A stretch of 64,000 nucleotides of DNA from Malacoraja senta (lineage: Eukaryota): positions 1,240,001-1,304,000 of the forward strand of contig CM076000.1 of assembly GCA_038087875.1 (NCBI GenBank). Direction: 5' to 3'. Position numbers and translations under genes: made by a program. Each line of letters opens with the position of its first letter. Position 1 is the first letter of the stretch. The notes below the pieces were generated by a model that ran no database searches, had not been told where the DNA came from, and saw only the letters and a program-made list of their open reading frames with translations. Shown piece by piece: positions 63,635-64,000 of this stretch.

Positions 63635-64000
63635 CTCTAAAAGATTATCCAGCCCTCTATGAAAATTAATGCAAATGAGATAACTGGATTATGGTGGATG
63701 AATAACAAAGGAAAAGCAGAACTAATACAGAAATTAATCTTCAGTAAACCACATGGTGAGATTCCAAAGAATACCAAAGAAAACATCACACTGGTTAATT
63801 AGGACTATTAATTAGTAGTTTATGCAAGATAAGTTGGCATGACTAACTGTGCTCGGAGCAAACATCATAGGGGAAAAGGAGAAAATTATTTTGAGTTCAC
63901 TTTTACCTGACATCCATTTCGATATTTATTACTGTAGTCTGTACCAAAGCAACAACTTGCTTTTGCATAGCTTTTTGCAGTAAATTACATTTCATAACAC

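Overview
Vertebrate genomic DNA, most likely from a cartilaginous fish (skate/ray-like, inferred from its CR1, SINE and Penelope repeats). Two host genes lie head-to-head about 37 kb apart: TBC1D8 (first coding exon, minus strand, 15974-16100) and CNOT11 (coding exons 1-4, plus strand, 53194-61273). Both continue beyond the window. Most of the rest is nested transposable elements: CR1, Rex1-like, L2, L1-type and Vingi-like LINEs, Penelope-like elements with hammerhead motifs, two Tc1 elements, hAT-, Harbinger- and P-like DNA elements, non-autonomous Helitrons and a deleted BEL/Pao LTR element. Most notable: (1) a CCA-ended tRNA-Asp(GTC) inside the BEL/Pao element, between the integrase end and the PPT; (2) a 28-bp TIR-tip fusion resembling a P-element excision footprint, with a longer member of the same family in the window; (3) a Gly-rich uORF ending 2 nt before the CNOT11 start codon; (4) a long hairpin in CNOT11 intron 2. 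Family and gene names come from recognised motifs and remembered sequences, not database searches.
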